From the human T2T-CHM13v2.0 reference genome, Homo sapiens, in the NCBI RefSeq assembly GCF_009914755.1, contig NC_060927.1: a stretch of DNA of 64,000 nt; one strand, 5' to 3'. The notes under the pieces were generated by a model. The model saw only the letters and a program-made list of their open reading frames with translations, did no database searches and had not been told where the DNA came from. A program made the position numbers and the translations under genes. Numbering within the stretch: the first letter of the stretch is position 1; each line of letters begins with the position of its first letter. Of the stretch, positions 39,351 to 60,056 are shown piece by piece.

Positions 39351-40824
39351 TAAGAATTTAAAATGTAACTTGTCACTTCAGTATATTAAATTACATAGTT
39401 AGCTCCATGAAAATCTAGATTGACAGATGTCTTTGAGAGCATATACAATAAGAAAAATTCCAAAAAATACTGTGCTATTGACATGCTGTCAGAATGAGTC
39501 ATATTCCGAAAGTTGATTATTTTATTTAAAAAATTAAGTTGTTATTAAAGATAATAGTCATCAAATCTTGCTATTCTTGCTATGCTATATAGAAAAGTAT
39601 ATTACTTTCTAATGTTGTTTGCACAAAAATTGTATGAAATAATATTGACATATAAGAACTACAGTATGTGTCCAGATATTTGATCCAACAAGTTATACAG
39701 TCCCTATCTTATCATAGGAAATAGATAAGAAGCCTTGGTCTGAGCTGTAAGTACCATATAAGTACCAATGTGCTTACAGGCTATTTTACAAAAATCTATT
39801 GATCAACAATGAAGAAATTATTTCCAGGATTCATTCCTTAACAAAAATCAGTTCATTTGTAGGATCTCTTTTAGAAGATTGACATTGATTTTTTAAATTA
39901 TCATTTGAGAATTAGCAAGTACCCAAAATAGATGAAACCATAATAACCTTTCTCCAAGCATCTCGGTTACTTGAAGAGGTATGTTCTGATAGTGTTATAT
40001 CTAGTGTGACAGAAACAGCTTCTCAGAATCATACCTATGCTTTCCTTTTTGGTTTACAATATTTTTATAAGCTTAAGTGAATTTGAGTAGAGTTGTTATA
40101 AGGGCTTTATTAAACTTAAGGAGCCCTCCTTTTCCTTGACTGTTTTATTGTCACAGACACATGGATATCCTAATATGATAATGTAAAAATATTATTTGTA
40201 AAATTCTTGAAACATAGTATGGCAGAGACAAGAAAATCAACAGTACTTTCACCTGTTAAATTTCTGGATGGTACATTTCTTTTAAAAGTCAATTAAAAAT
40301 ATATTAATATAGATCCTGTGGCTATTTCAAACAGAAAAATGAATTAAGTTTAAGCCATATAATAGTGATTGTGAAAGAGTCTTGTCTAAATGTTCCCATT
40401 TAAAATTGTGACAAATTTCCAGTCAAATAAAAGAGAAGAAAATACTTATCAGATATGAATGGAAACACAAAGCTTTAAAACCACTGAGTAAATACATAGC
40501 TGTTTTTTGAGTTAGGCATTTTGAACAACTCATTACAAGTAAAGCCACTGGATTTGTTAATAACAAACGCACCTTCAAAAGTGCTTTGTAACTATCAGGT
40601 ATCCAAGGATTATCTTTGTCACACAGGATTCAGAAGTTTGGGTAGGTCTTTAATTCAGTTTAAAAATGAAAGTAAAGGTTATTTGGTAAGAGTGCATGTG
40701 GATTTAGCCTTTCTGGAAAGCAATTCAATGATATTTATTTTAAAACATAAAGTTTTAAAAATGTACATTTACTTTGTTTTTGTTTGTGTTCTCCCAAAAG
40801 TAACAGGAGAGAAAGAAAAACAAA

Positions 40825-41240
40825 TCACTGAAATGAAGTTTTAGACAAAAATTGTTGGGTAGGTGATTTCAGGAAACACATAAGAGAATGGGGAAGTGAG
40901 ATAGAGAAGCAGGAGAAGCATTAAAGGGTGAGTTGATGAACAGGCCACCTTTGTGGGCAACTGGGACTCAATCCTGTTGGGGACATGTGAGAGATTGTGA
41001 AATATGCCTTGTAATTGAATTGTACCACTGAAAGCTGATGAATTCACCAGCTCTCATCTTTTGTTGGTTGAGGGTCACTGCAAAGGCATGAACTTTCCAG
41101 TTCATCTGGCCCTATTTTGTCAAGTATATCAGCTGCAGCATCTGGGGAATACTTTAGGCAGTGAGACTCTCAGGCAAGTAATCATCAAGCCATATGGGAA
41201 TTGTGGGCAGGAGACTTCCCTCCTGGGAATTATATACAGG
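40825..41240 (-). mobile_element. LTR33-type ERVL LTR
   Basis: 'ggggaagtgagatagagaag...tgtgggcaactgggactcaatcctgttgggga'. Confidence 0.65.
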
Positions 41241-41562
41241 TCCATAGAAATTAACATACATACGTGGAATTGTATGCACATGACTCAGGAAATAACACTT
41301 GAAAGTTTATTATTCCATCATGATTCTTACACTAAGTAGAGGAATACTACCAGGGAAATTTCTAAAAGGTCTTGTTACATACACATGGTAATGCAAGAGA
41401 CCAGTGGATTTTTGTTTAATGTAGGATTCTCTCAAAAAGCTATCTCCTCCCACAATCAATTCAAATGTCTACTGAGATTATGGTCACAATACATTCTACG
41501 GCCATTAGATGTCTAGTAATATGGCTAAATACTTATTTTTAGGAGATTGAAGATATCCTCCA

Positions 41563-42175
41563 TAGGGTTTACAGATTTGGCAAATAAAAATACAGAACAT
41601 CCAGCACATACATTTTCAAGAGTTACCATTAAAAACTACCACAAACGGAGTGCTTAAAATAACCCGAATTCATTTTCTCACAGCTCTGGAGATTTAAAAT
41701 TTGAAATCAATGTGTCAGGAGGGCTGTGGTCTCTCCACAGTTTCTACAGAAGGATCCTTCCTTGATTTTTCTAGCTTCTAGTGGTTGCAAGCAATCCTTT
41801 TTGTACCTTGGTTTACAGATACATCAATTTAATCTCTGCCTCTGTCTTCATATGGCTCTGTGTGTCTGTCTGTCTATGTCTCTTCTTCTTGGGACATCAG
41901 TTATGAAATTTAAGTCCTACTCTTACCCAGCATAACCTCATTTCAACTTGATTACATCTGCAAAGACCCATTTCCAAATAAGGGTCACATTCTCAGGGTC
42001 TAGGTGGCATGAATTTGGCAGAGGAGAGGGGAGCATGATTCAACGCAGTACACCTAGTTAAATTTGAATATCAGATAAACAATGAATATTGCCCCAAATG
42101 TTACATGAGACATAATTACACTAAATATTTTGATTTGAAATTAAAATTTAACTAGGTGTCAGGTATTTTTATCTT
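41563..42175. mobile_element. MER53 palindromic MITE interrupted by MLT1
   Basis: 'tagggtttacagatttggcaaataaaaatacagaacatccag' resumes at 42053 with 'agttaaatttgaatatcagataaacaatgaat'. Confidence 0.7.
41605..42052 (-). mobile_element. MLT1C-like MaLR LTR
   Basis: 'ttctcacagctctggag...gattacatctgcaaagaccc...tttccaaataagggtcacattc'. Confidence 0.85.
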
Positions 42176-42419
42176 TAAAGCTTTCTGCTAGAGGGCATTT
42201 AGTCTTCAGCATCATCTCATGTATACATGCTTTTTGAAGACTCTCAGGTTTTGAAACTGGAGCCTGAAATTAAAGAAAAGTGTCAAAGACTCTCAGAGTG
42301 TCCTGAGGCTTGAATTCTAATCTACTTTCTCTAAGTAACTGCATACGCATCTGGATCAACCTTCTTTCTTCTTTATCCCATTCCTCAAGGAGTCTGAAGT
42401 CATTATTTGAATTCCACTT

Positions 42420-42820
42420 GATAAATATTTATTCAGTTATTCACAATATATGAGAATATGTGTGAATAATGAGTACAGGCACTTATGTAATAAAGAAAGA
42501 GAAGTAAATACACTCTGTTTCCTCAAAGAGTCTACAGATTAGTTCTAGTAATGAGGATGACATCTCCCAAATAATTACTGTGAGGTAGACAAAGTATGTG
42601 CCATCAAAGTGTGCCACAAAAGTGGAAGGAATCTCAACTAATTGACATCCCACCCATTTGGAAGGCTCAGGTCAGATTTCATGGAGAGGTAGCTTTGGAA
42701 TTGGGCCTTACAAGATGGATAAGATGGAAATATGAAATTGCTGATAAAGAATATCCTAAGTAGAGAGAATAACTTGACCAATGATAGGCATCATGAGCCT
42801 GGGTAAGGATGAATGAATCA
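42420..42820 (-). mobile_element. L2 fragment
   Basis: 'ttcctcaaagagtctacagattagt' and 'gatttcatggagaggtagctttggaattgggcc'. Confidence 0.5.
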
Positions 42821-43789
42821 CCTAATTCAGTTGTTCTCAAACTTCTTTATGCTTCAAAATCCCCTGTATGTTGAATTCCTATAGTTCATCCCAAAGAGTG
42901 CTGATTTGATAGGCCCAAGATAGTTAATGATTTGAAAAGTTTCCCAGGTATTACAAAGTAAAATATAGATCCAAATGTACAGTAGCTGAAAGACAAAGTT
43001 TATATTTTGTTCATAGAGCAGTCCAAGGTTAATGTGTTAGACTAGGGCTGGGTTAGGTAGGAGTAGATTGAGAACAGAAATCTATCTGGTATTTCTACAA
43101 CATATGTTATTTTAAATCTATTCAGTGATCTGAAAATTTTATAGCCAAGAAGTTTTTTTATTAACACAAGACCCTCTATCCTTCTTTCCACATACTAAAA
43201 TGTTTTTCCTGTTACTTATTCCTCATTGAACAGTTAAAAAGTCAAAGACTAATTCCCTTGTTCAAACTAATATGTAAATGCCCCATTACTGATGGTTTCC
43301 ATTAGTCACCTAAAATGAATAATACTGAACTAATCTCCACTAATTGGTTATTTGTTTTAGGTTATGCTGATGTAAACAAATCAGAAACTCATCATGTAAA
43401 TTGCATTAAAATAGAACTGGCTAACTTTTCATATAAATCACCAATTTCTAGAAATAATAGTTCAAATAACTAAAAATAACAGGGTGCGTCAAACTCCAGG
43501 AGATGCAGATTGCTGCTTGTTGTGTCTCTGCATTTTAAATAATCTTAAAGAAAAAGCTATTCCTCAAAACAGTCAAAATAGAAATGTGAACGTATACAGA
43601 TACATTGCCTGACGGGATGGAAAATGCTTAAGTTCTTTAAGAAATTTCTTGTTCTCTTTATTTTAGAAAAACCTCACAACAGTTTCATGCCATACACCAT
43701 CTTCATCTAAACAGACCACCAATGTATGCATTATCTGTTTTAAATGATCGACATAGTTCTCACCTACATGCTAAGTAACAATAATTTCT

Positions 43790-44010
43790 ACCACTTGCAG
43801 TTTATAAAGTGCATGTTCCTGCTCTGTTTCATTTGGTCCCTATGAGTTGTGGATGGGTAGAGTAGGGGCTACAGGTGGCATTACATTTACCATGTCAGTA
43901 GTCAATCTGAGGCATAATAATGTTACTGGAGATATCCAAGGTCACACAGACTCTTAGTGAGAGAAGGGCTTGAACCTGAGGCTCTTGATTAAATATCCAG
44001 TGGTCTTCAT
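43790..44010 (-). mobile_element. MIR SINE
   Basis: 'tccaaggtcacacagact...ggcttgaacctgagg'. Confidence 0.6.
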
Positions 44011-44848
44011 ATAATGGCATAAAGTTCCATTGTTTCAGGAAAAGTTTAGTTTTATTAAATAATGTACAAGGGCAGAGTACTGAGCCACTGTTCTCTTTGC
44101 CTCATATTTGTGAGAAGCATTATCAGAATGTGTGTTAAATCGCTGAGAAACAGCTATTGGAGATATGCAAACTTCATTAGAGTTTAATATCTCTGTGATT
44201 TTGTTTTAAAATAATTTAGCAAACTAAACTAATCAATATGATCAAGTAATGGTCTATGAAATTCTATTTTAAAGCAAAGCTATTAGATTAAAGAATCTAA
44301 AGACAATATCTGAAACTAGTAAGTTTCTGCTAGTAATCTCCTTTATTGCTTGAATGAAATGCAAACCCAGTCACAAGTTCAGAAATAAAAGCTTTAAAAA
44401 GGAAAACTTGAAAATTGATTCTGCAGTTTTGTTTCAAATCAAGTCTTAATAGCTATGTTTTAAAACCCTGAAAATGGAAGTTTATAATGGGCATGCCGTC
44501 ATAGCAGTTATGAGGTACCATTGCAATGAGCAGCATGTTTCAGTGGAAAAGGTAAAACCTGTTTTACCACTCTTGGTAGAAATAAACTGTCAGCATAATC
44601 ACACCCCCAGATTATCAACCCAATAGCTTCCTATTCAGACCAACTGAGGGACCCATTATTTCATTAATTCTCAACTTCGAAGGTTCTTCTAGCAAACAGG
44701 TACTAAAGCCGAATATCTTACAATAGGGAATAGTTCATTAAAGTGTGATGCTTCCCCATAGTGTCATATTAGTTCATGAAGAATTTTTATTGACATGGCA
44801 AAATGATCATGATCTAATATAAAATATGGGAAAAGCATGATGCCAATT

Positions 44849-45232
44849 ATATTAGTTTACTAGAACTATCATAACAAAATACCACAAACTAGCTGACCTA
44901 AAAAAAATTTCTCATAATTTTGGAGGCTAGAAGTTCAAGATTAAAGTGTTGGCAGGCCTTGTTTCTCCTGAGGCCTTTGTCTTTGGTTTGCATGTGGCCA
45001 CCTTCTCAATGTGTCCTTACATGACCTCTCGTCTGTGTGCATTCACCCTTGATGTCTCTTCTTCTGTTTATAGCAACACCAGTCATATTAAGATAGGGCC
45101 CCACCCTAACATGTGCATTTTAATCTTATCACCCCTTTAAAGACCTTATCCTTAAATATGCTTACATTTCAAGGTACTAGAGGTTGGGATTTCAACATAT
45201 GAATTTTGAGGGGACATAATGTAGCCCATAAC
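44849..45232 (-). mobile_element. MLT1A-type MaLR LTR
   Basis: 'cataacaaaataccacaaact...tggaggctagaagttcaagattaaag...ttcaacatatgaattttgaggggacataatgtagcccataaca'. Confidence 0.88.
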
Positions 45233-45983
45233 ACCAATTATATGCAGAAAAAAATTTCTCTGTGTGTATGTGTACGTATGCTAAGACAAAATGAAAGGAT
45301 ATATACAGAAAAGTTAACAAACAAATAAGTAGGTTAAGTGAAGTTTTTTTTCTCCTTATATTCTTCTTAATTTTAAGACAATGTATGTTTATTTAAAAAG
45401 AAATGAATAAAATTACTAGCCATAAAATATCAGGGTTGCTTAAGGAAGCATATAACAGTGAGCCAAAGAAATTCTACAATAACCTATCTTTATAAGCAAT
45501 TATCTTCCTGTTGTATTTATTTTGTTTCTTTTTATTTTATTTTGTTAAAATTAGAAACTATTTCTTTAATAAAAATCTTAGACCATAGCCGAAATGTAAT
45601 ATTGGCAAGAGCAGAACTACTCTAGTTGATGCAAGGTTATTTTCCTTGTAACCCGTAAAGCATTCAGTTGCCCACAATAAATTTTTAAGTACTCTGAGAA
45701 CACAGACTAAGTCTTATTCATCTTTGAAACTTTTAATCTCTAGCATAATGCTGTCAACTGAACACATAATAAATATGTCAAAAGATAAGACACTAAAATA
45801 TCTCATAGCTGTTCCTTAAATAAGAAGACAACAGACAATGTACTGAATTTAGTTCAAGGAATTCAATTTAAGTCCTTGTTCTATTGAATATCACATGGAA
45901 AACTTCCAATCATCCACAGAAGTTCTCTTAAGTTCCTTGGTTTACTTGTAAGTTTATAATGCAGAAGAAAAATCAATTTTCTT

Positions 45984-46574
45984 TTTTTCTTTTTTTTTTT
46001 TTTAATTTTTTCATTTTAAATTTCTTTTCTTTTTTTTTTTTTTATTATACTGTAAGTTTTAGGGTACATGTGCACATTGTGCAGGTTAGTTACATATGTA
46101 TACATGTGCCATGCTGGTGCGCTGCACCCACTAATGTGTCATCTAGCATTAGGTATATGTCCCAATGCTATCCCTCCCCCCTCCCCTGACCCCATCACAG
46201 TCCCCAGAGTGTGATATTCCCCTTCCTGTGTCCATGTGATCTCATTGTTCAATTCCCACCTATGAGTGAGAATATGCGGTGTTTGGTTTTTTGTTCTTGC
46301 GATAGTTTACTGAGAATGATGGTTTCCATTTTCATCCATGTCCCTACAAAGGATATGAACTCATCATTTTTTATGGCTGCATAGTATTCCATGGTGTATA
46401 TGTGCCACATTTTCTTAATCCAGTCTATCATTGTTGGACATTTGGGTTGGTTCCAAGTCTTTGCTATTGTGAATAGTGCCGCAATAAACATACGTGTGCA
46501 TGTGTCTTTATAGCAGCATGATTTATACTCATTTGGGTATATACCCAGTAATGGGATGGCTGGGTTCTAGAACT
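45984..46574 (-). mobile_element. 5'-truncated L1HS Ta-1 with micro-inversion
   Basis: ACA diagnostic (tgt at 46135-46137), Ta-1 motif CCCAAATGAGTATAAAT, 18-bp TSD AGAAAAATCAATTTTCTT (45966-45983, 46575-46592). Confidence 0.9.
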
Positions 46575-47339
46575 AGAAAAATCAATTTTCTTAACAGCTG
46601 ATCCAGATTCAGGGAGAGAATGTCTTTGTTTAGAAAAGGTCTGTGATAAATACTTGAGATAGAAGATAAGATATAGAGGACAGGAACTCAGACCAAAAAA
46701 AAAAAAGTAAGTCTCAGTTTTCTTGCAGGAGAAAAAGAGAAGAGATAAATTTGGTTCTTACTATTGATGGAGAAGATGAGAAGAGAAGGAAAAAAATGAT
46801 GAAGAAATAGGAGGAGGCAGAGAGAGAAGACATGGTGACAATATGGGGGCACAACATGAGATAACCCAGGTATTAGAAATTTCTGTGGCAGGGCAGGAGA
46901 AAGATCTAAAATACAATTCAATTTTAAGTTGTTTGTTATGTAGGGTGCAATTTGACCCCTCATTAAAACCGTGAACTTTTCCATAGAAGGTCTATTACAC
47001 TGAAGAGCTTTATAATGATGGTTGATGGTAAATAGTGGGAGATGCAGAGGGAGAAGGGATGACACTATGAGGAGGAAGGAGGAATTACTCAATGGGAAAC
47101 AGCAAGTTCTCAGGATTGGGGTGAAGTAACTGAGGCCAGCATGAGAATGTAAGCCATGAAGAATTTGAAAAGAAAAAAAATAAAACACTAAAGAAGAGCT
47201 TTAGTCTTCCATTATACATGATCAATCATATAAAGATCTTAAGTGGTTTTGTGATCTCAAGTGATATCTGGGTCATGTGTTAAATGGGATAATTATGTAC
47301 TACTGCTGACTTTATAGAATTACTGAATCAATCAAATGA

Positions 47340-47590
47340 GATAATAACAGCTAACATTTATGCAGGACTTACTATATGCCAAGCACTTTTGGAAGCACTT
47401 TAGATAGTTTTACTCTTTCAGCCCTCACAAGAGTGTCATGACGTTCCTATTGCATATTTTGTCTGCATTTTACAGGAGAAGAAATGAAGGCACAGAGAAA
47501 TAACTTGCCCTTTTTCACAAACCTAATAAGTAATTAATTGGTGGAACCAGGATTCAAAACCTGTAATAACTACACTATTACATCTCAGAA
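47340..47590 (-). mobile_element. MIR SINE (another MIR on + just upstream, ~47230-47345)
   Basis: 'agctaacatttatgcaggacttactatatgccaagcac...attttacaggagaagaaatgaaggcacagaga'. Confidence 0.8.
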
Positions 47591-47719
47591 TAAAATAGTA
47601 ATTTATGTTAATTAATCTGTATTGTAAGCAAATGTAAAGTATTACTTTCTGGTAGTTAGATTGGGCAGTTAGAGTTAGAAAAAAATATATAGTAATTCTT
47701 CCACCTCTCCCTCTCTCTC

Positions 47720-49115
47720 TGCTGTATATACAGCAAAATGAATACTTAACGATCAATCATCTATATCTTTGTGTGCATGTGTTTGTTAAGAACACCTAAA
47801 ATCTGCTCTCTTAGGAAATTTCCAGCATATAGTACAATATTATTATTTCTAGTCCTTATTTGGTTTATCAGATTTTTAGATATATTTATCTTATTTACTT
47901 GCAAATTTGTTCCCTTTGACCTACTTCTCATTTCTTACTCTTCCCTCCAGTGGCCACCATTCTATTATCCATTTCTATGTATTTGACTTTTTTAGATTTT
48001 ATACATAAGTTAGATCATATAGTATTTTTCCTTCTGTGTCTGGATTATATCAGTTAGCAAAATATCCTCCAGTTTCATCCATGTTATCACAAATGGCAGT
48101 ATCTCCTTTTTAAAGGCAGAATAATATTAATATATACATGCACACATACATACTATAATTTATTTATTCATTCATCTGTTGATAGATGCTGAGTTTTTCA
48201 TATTGTGGTTATTGTGAATAATGCTACAATGAACATAAATGAACAGATATCTCTACAAAATGCTGATTTCATTTCCTAAGAAAATTGAAGAAGATAAAAA
48301 TAAATAAAAAAAATGTCATAATTTGGACTGGAAGTATTAATACTGTTAAAATCCCCACATTATACAAAGCAATATACAGATTGAATGTAATCCTTATCAA
48401 AATTTTAATGGCATTTTTCACTGCCAAAAAAAAATCTAAAATTTGCATTAAATTATAAAAGACCCCTAATAGCAAAAACAGTCCAGAGAAAAAAAAGTTG
48501 GAGGCATCACATTTTCTGATTTCATATTATATCACAATGCTATAGTAAAATATTATGGTACTGGCATAAAATTAAACACATAGACAAATGGAACAGAATA
48601 GAGAGCTCATAAATGAATCCAACCATATATAGTTAACTAATTTTCAACAAGATCACCAAGGAGACGCAATGGGGAAAGGACAGCCTCTTCAATAAACAGT
48701 TTTGAGAAAACCGGATATCCACATACAAAAGAATGAAATGGATCCATCCTATACCACATAGAAAATCAACATAAAATGGATTAAAGACCTAAACATAACA
48801 CTTAAACCAATAATACTTAATAGAAGAAACATAGCAAAAAAGCTTCCTGATATTTGCATTGGCAATACTTTTTTGGATATCACACTAAAAGTTCATGCAA
48901 CAAAAACAGACATAAAGTAGGACTATATCAAAGTATCTGCACAGCAAAGGAGACAATCACTGAAATGAAAAGGCAGCCTATTTGTGAATATTTGCAAATC
49001 ACATGTCTGATAAGGTTCTAATATCCAAAATATGTAAGGAATTCACACAGCTCAATAGCAAAGAAACAAATAACCTGATTTAAAAATGGTTCAAGGTCCT
49101 GAACAGACATTTTTC
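47720..49115 (-). mobile_element. L1MA-type element with inverted 5' part
   Basis: Reverse 3' UTR/ORF2 end 47720-48277, then sense ORF2 48278-49115. Confidence 0.75.
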
Positions 49116-49274
49116 TACCTTTCTTAAATTAATAATGACTCACAGATGTAAGATAATGTGTTTTTTCCTAGTGTGGTCCCCTCCACTTGAAATATTCTTC
49201 AGCTTATTCTATCCCAGATAGTGATTCAGACTGAAATCCAGTGCTGCCTCTATTATCCAAGCCATAGATCTTGT

Positions 49275-49520
49275 GGCTATATACCCAAAGAAGGCACCTT
49301 TTAAAATATCACACTTTTTTAAAATGTGGTGTATATATACACAATGGAGTTCTGTTCATCCACAAAAATGAATGAAATTATGTCATTTACAGCAACATGG
49401 ATGGAACTGGAAGTCATTGTTAAATGAAATAAGCCAGGCACAGAAAGACAATTATTACATGCTCTCACACATAAGTAGGAGCTAAAAAATTTAATCTCAT
49501 AGATGAAGACAATAGAATAA
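49275..49520 (+). mobile_element. L1MA-type 3' fragment
   Basis: 'aaaatgtggtgtatatatacacaatgga...gcaacatggatggaactggaagtcatt'. Confidence 0.8.
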
Positions 49521-51548
49521 TAGGAACCTGGGGAGAGTTGGGGGAGCAAGGTAGCCAAATAGAGGTCTTCACCAGTCACCCTCCCCACAGAACAGCAAGT
49601 TGAACAACAATCCACATCAAAAAGCATGTTCATAAGAACCAAAAATCAGTTGAGCAATCACAGGAGCTGGATTAAGCTTTACATCACTGAAAGAGGGACA
49701 GAAGTGGGTAGGAAAGACACTCTTGAATTGCCTACACCACCCCTCTACCATCGTCAAAAGTGGCCTCATGGCACTGAGAATCTGCATTTGGGGGAGGGAG
49801 AGTACAGTGATTGTGATACTTAGCATTGGAACTCAGTGCTTCCCTGTCACAGTGGAAAGCAACATCACACAGAACTCAGCCAGTGCCCATGAAGGAAGCA
49901 TTTATACCAGCCCTAGGCATGGGGGAGTCACCCATCCCAGTGGTTGAAACTTAAGTTCTAGCAAGCCAAGCCACTGTGTGTTAAAGTGCTCTGGGGTACC
50001 AAAGAAACTTGAAAGGCAGTCTAGGCCACAAGGACTGCAAATCCTGGGCCAGTCCTGGTGCTGTGTTAAGCTCACAGCCAGTGGACTTGGGGGCATGTGA
50101 CCCAGCGAGAAACCAGCTGAGGTGGCTAAGGAAGTGCTTGTGCTCCTTCTCCTCCAACAAATGTCAGTGCAGCTCAAAGTTCCAGAAAAGAGTCCTTCCC
50201 TCTCCTTGAGGAGAAGAGAGAGGAGAGTACAGAGGGCTTTGTTTTGCAACTAGGATACCAGCACAGCTACTGTAGGATTGAGTACTGGGCTGAGTCTGCA
50301 GGCCCTCATTCCAGGCCTTAGCTCCTGGATAACATTTCTAGACACATCCTGGGATAGAAGTGAATCCATAGACTTGAAATGAAGGAATGAGTCCTGGCAG
50401 CACCACCTGCTGATTAAAGAGCCCTTGGGCTCTCAATGATCAGCAGTCATAGCCACGGATTACTTCCCATAGGCTTAGATGAGAATCAGAGATATATTGG
50501 CTTCATATGTGACCCAGTGCATACCCAGCTGTGATAGCTGTGAAGAGAGTCTCCTTCTGCCTGGTAAAAGGATAGGGAAGAGTAAATGGGACTTTGTCTT
50601 GTAGCTTAGGCACCAGTTGGGACACAGTGGGGTAACACCAAGCAGGTACTTGAGATCCCTGATTCCAGGCCTTGGCTCTTGGACAACGTTTCTGGACCTG
50701 CCCTGGACCAGAAGAGAGGCCACTGCATTAACGGGAGAGTCCCAGGCCTGATAGGATTCACCACAAGCTGGCTGAAGAGCGCTTGGGTCTTGAGTTAACA
50801 TAGGTAGTAACCAAGCAGTACTTTCCATGGGCCTGGGATGGTGGTAGCTATGGGGACAGAATCCTCTGCTTGTAGAAAGAGAAGGGAGGAATGGGAAGGA
50901 CTTTTTCTTTTGACTTGGGCCAGTTCAGCCTTAGAAGAATAGAGCACCAGGTAGATTCCTAAGGTTTCTGACTTCAGCCTTGCTGACATTGCCACCTGGT
51001 GACTGTAGAGCCCTACAGCCTTGAGTAAACTGAGGTGTTAGCCAGGCATTAGTTCTCATGGGTCTTGGGTGAGATGCAGTGCTGTGCTGGCTTCTGGCCT
51101 GATCCAGCACAGTCCCAGTGTTGGTGGCCACAGGGGTACTTGTGTCACCCCCCTCCTCAATTCCAGAAAGCTCAGCACAGAGAGACTCCATTTCTTTGAG
51201 AGAAAGTTAGGGAAGAAAATGAGAGGCTCTGTCTGGTAATCCAGAAAATTCTTCTGGATCTTATCCAAGACCACCAAGGCAGTACCTCTATGAGTCTGCA
51301 AGAAATAGTGTTACTAATGCAGATATAGTTGCAATGACTAAAAACTTAGATTATAAGACCCAAGTCCCTTTGAATACCTAGAAAGCCTTCCCAAGAGGGA
51401 TAGGTACAAACAAGCCCAGATAGCAAAGACTACAATAAATACCTAACTCTTTAATGTCCAGACACTGACGAACATCCACAAGCATCAAGACCATCCAGGA
51501 AATCATGACATCAACAAACAAACTAAATAAGGCACCAGGGAACAATCA

Positions 51549-51907
<359 letters not shown>

Positions 51908-52760
51908 TTAGCTGTTTTGAGAAAACGTAATGGAATTCAAGATAACACAGAGAAGGAATTCAGAATACTATCAGATAAATTTAACAAAGAGATTGAAATA
52001 ATTTAAAAGAATCAAGCAGAAATTATGGAGTTGAAAAATGCAATTGACATGCTAAAGAATGCATCAGCATCCCTCACCAGCAGAATTGATCAAAAAGAAG
52101 AAAAAAATAGTGAACTTGAAAACAGACTATTCAAAAAGACACCATCAGAGTAGACATAAGAAAAAAGAATAAAAAAGAATAAAGCATTCCTGTAAGACCT
52201 AGAAAACACTCTTAAAAGGGCAAATCTAAGAATTATTTGACTTACAGGGGAGCTAGAGAAAGGAATAGGGGTAGAAAGCTTATTCAAAGGGATAATAACA
52301 AAGAACTTTCCAAATCTGGAGAAAGATCAATGTTCAAGTATGAGAAAGCTATAGAACACCAAGCATATTTAATCCAAAGAAGACTACGTCAAAATATTTA
52401 ATAATCAAACTCCCAAAGGTCAAGATTAAAGAAAGGATGTTAAAAGCAGCAAGAGAAAAAAAATACAATGGAGCTCCAATACATCTGGCAGAAGACTTTT
52501 CAGTGTAAACCTTATAGGCCAGGAGAGAATGAAATGACATATTTAAAGTGCTGAAGGAAATAAAAACTAAACCTAGAAAAGGCTGAATACTAGAATACTA
52601 TATTCAATAAAAATAACCTTCAAATATGAAGGAGAAATACTTTCCCACTCAAACAAAAGCTGACAGATTTCATCAACTCCAGCTCTGCCCTACAAGAAAC
52701 GCTAAAGGGAGTCATCAGTATGAAAAAAAAAGAGGTTAATAAGCAATAATAAATCATCTG

Positions 52761-60056
<7,296 letters not shown>

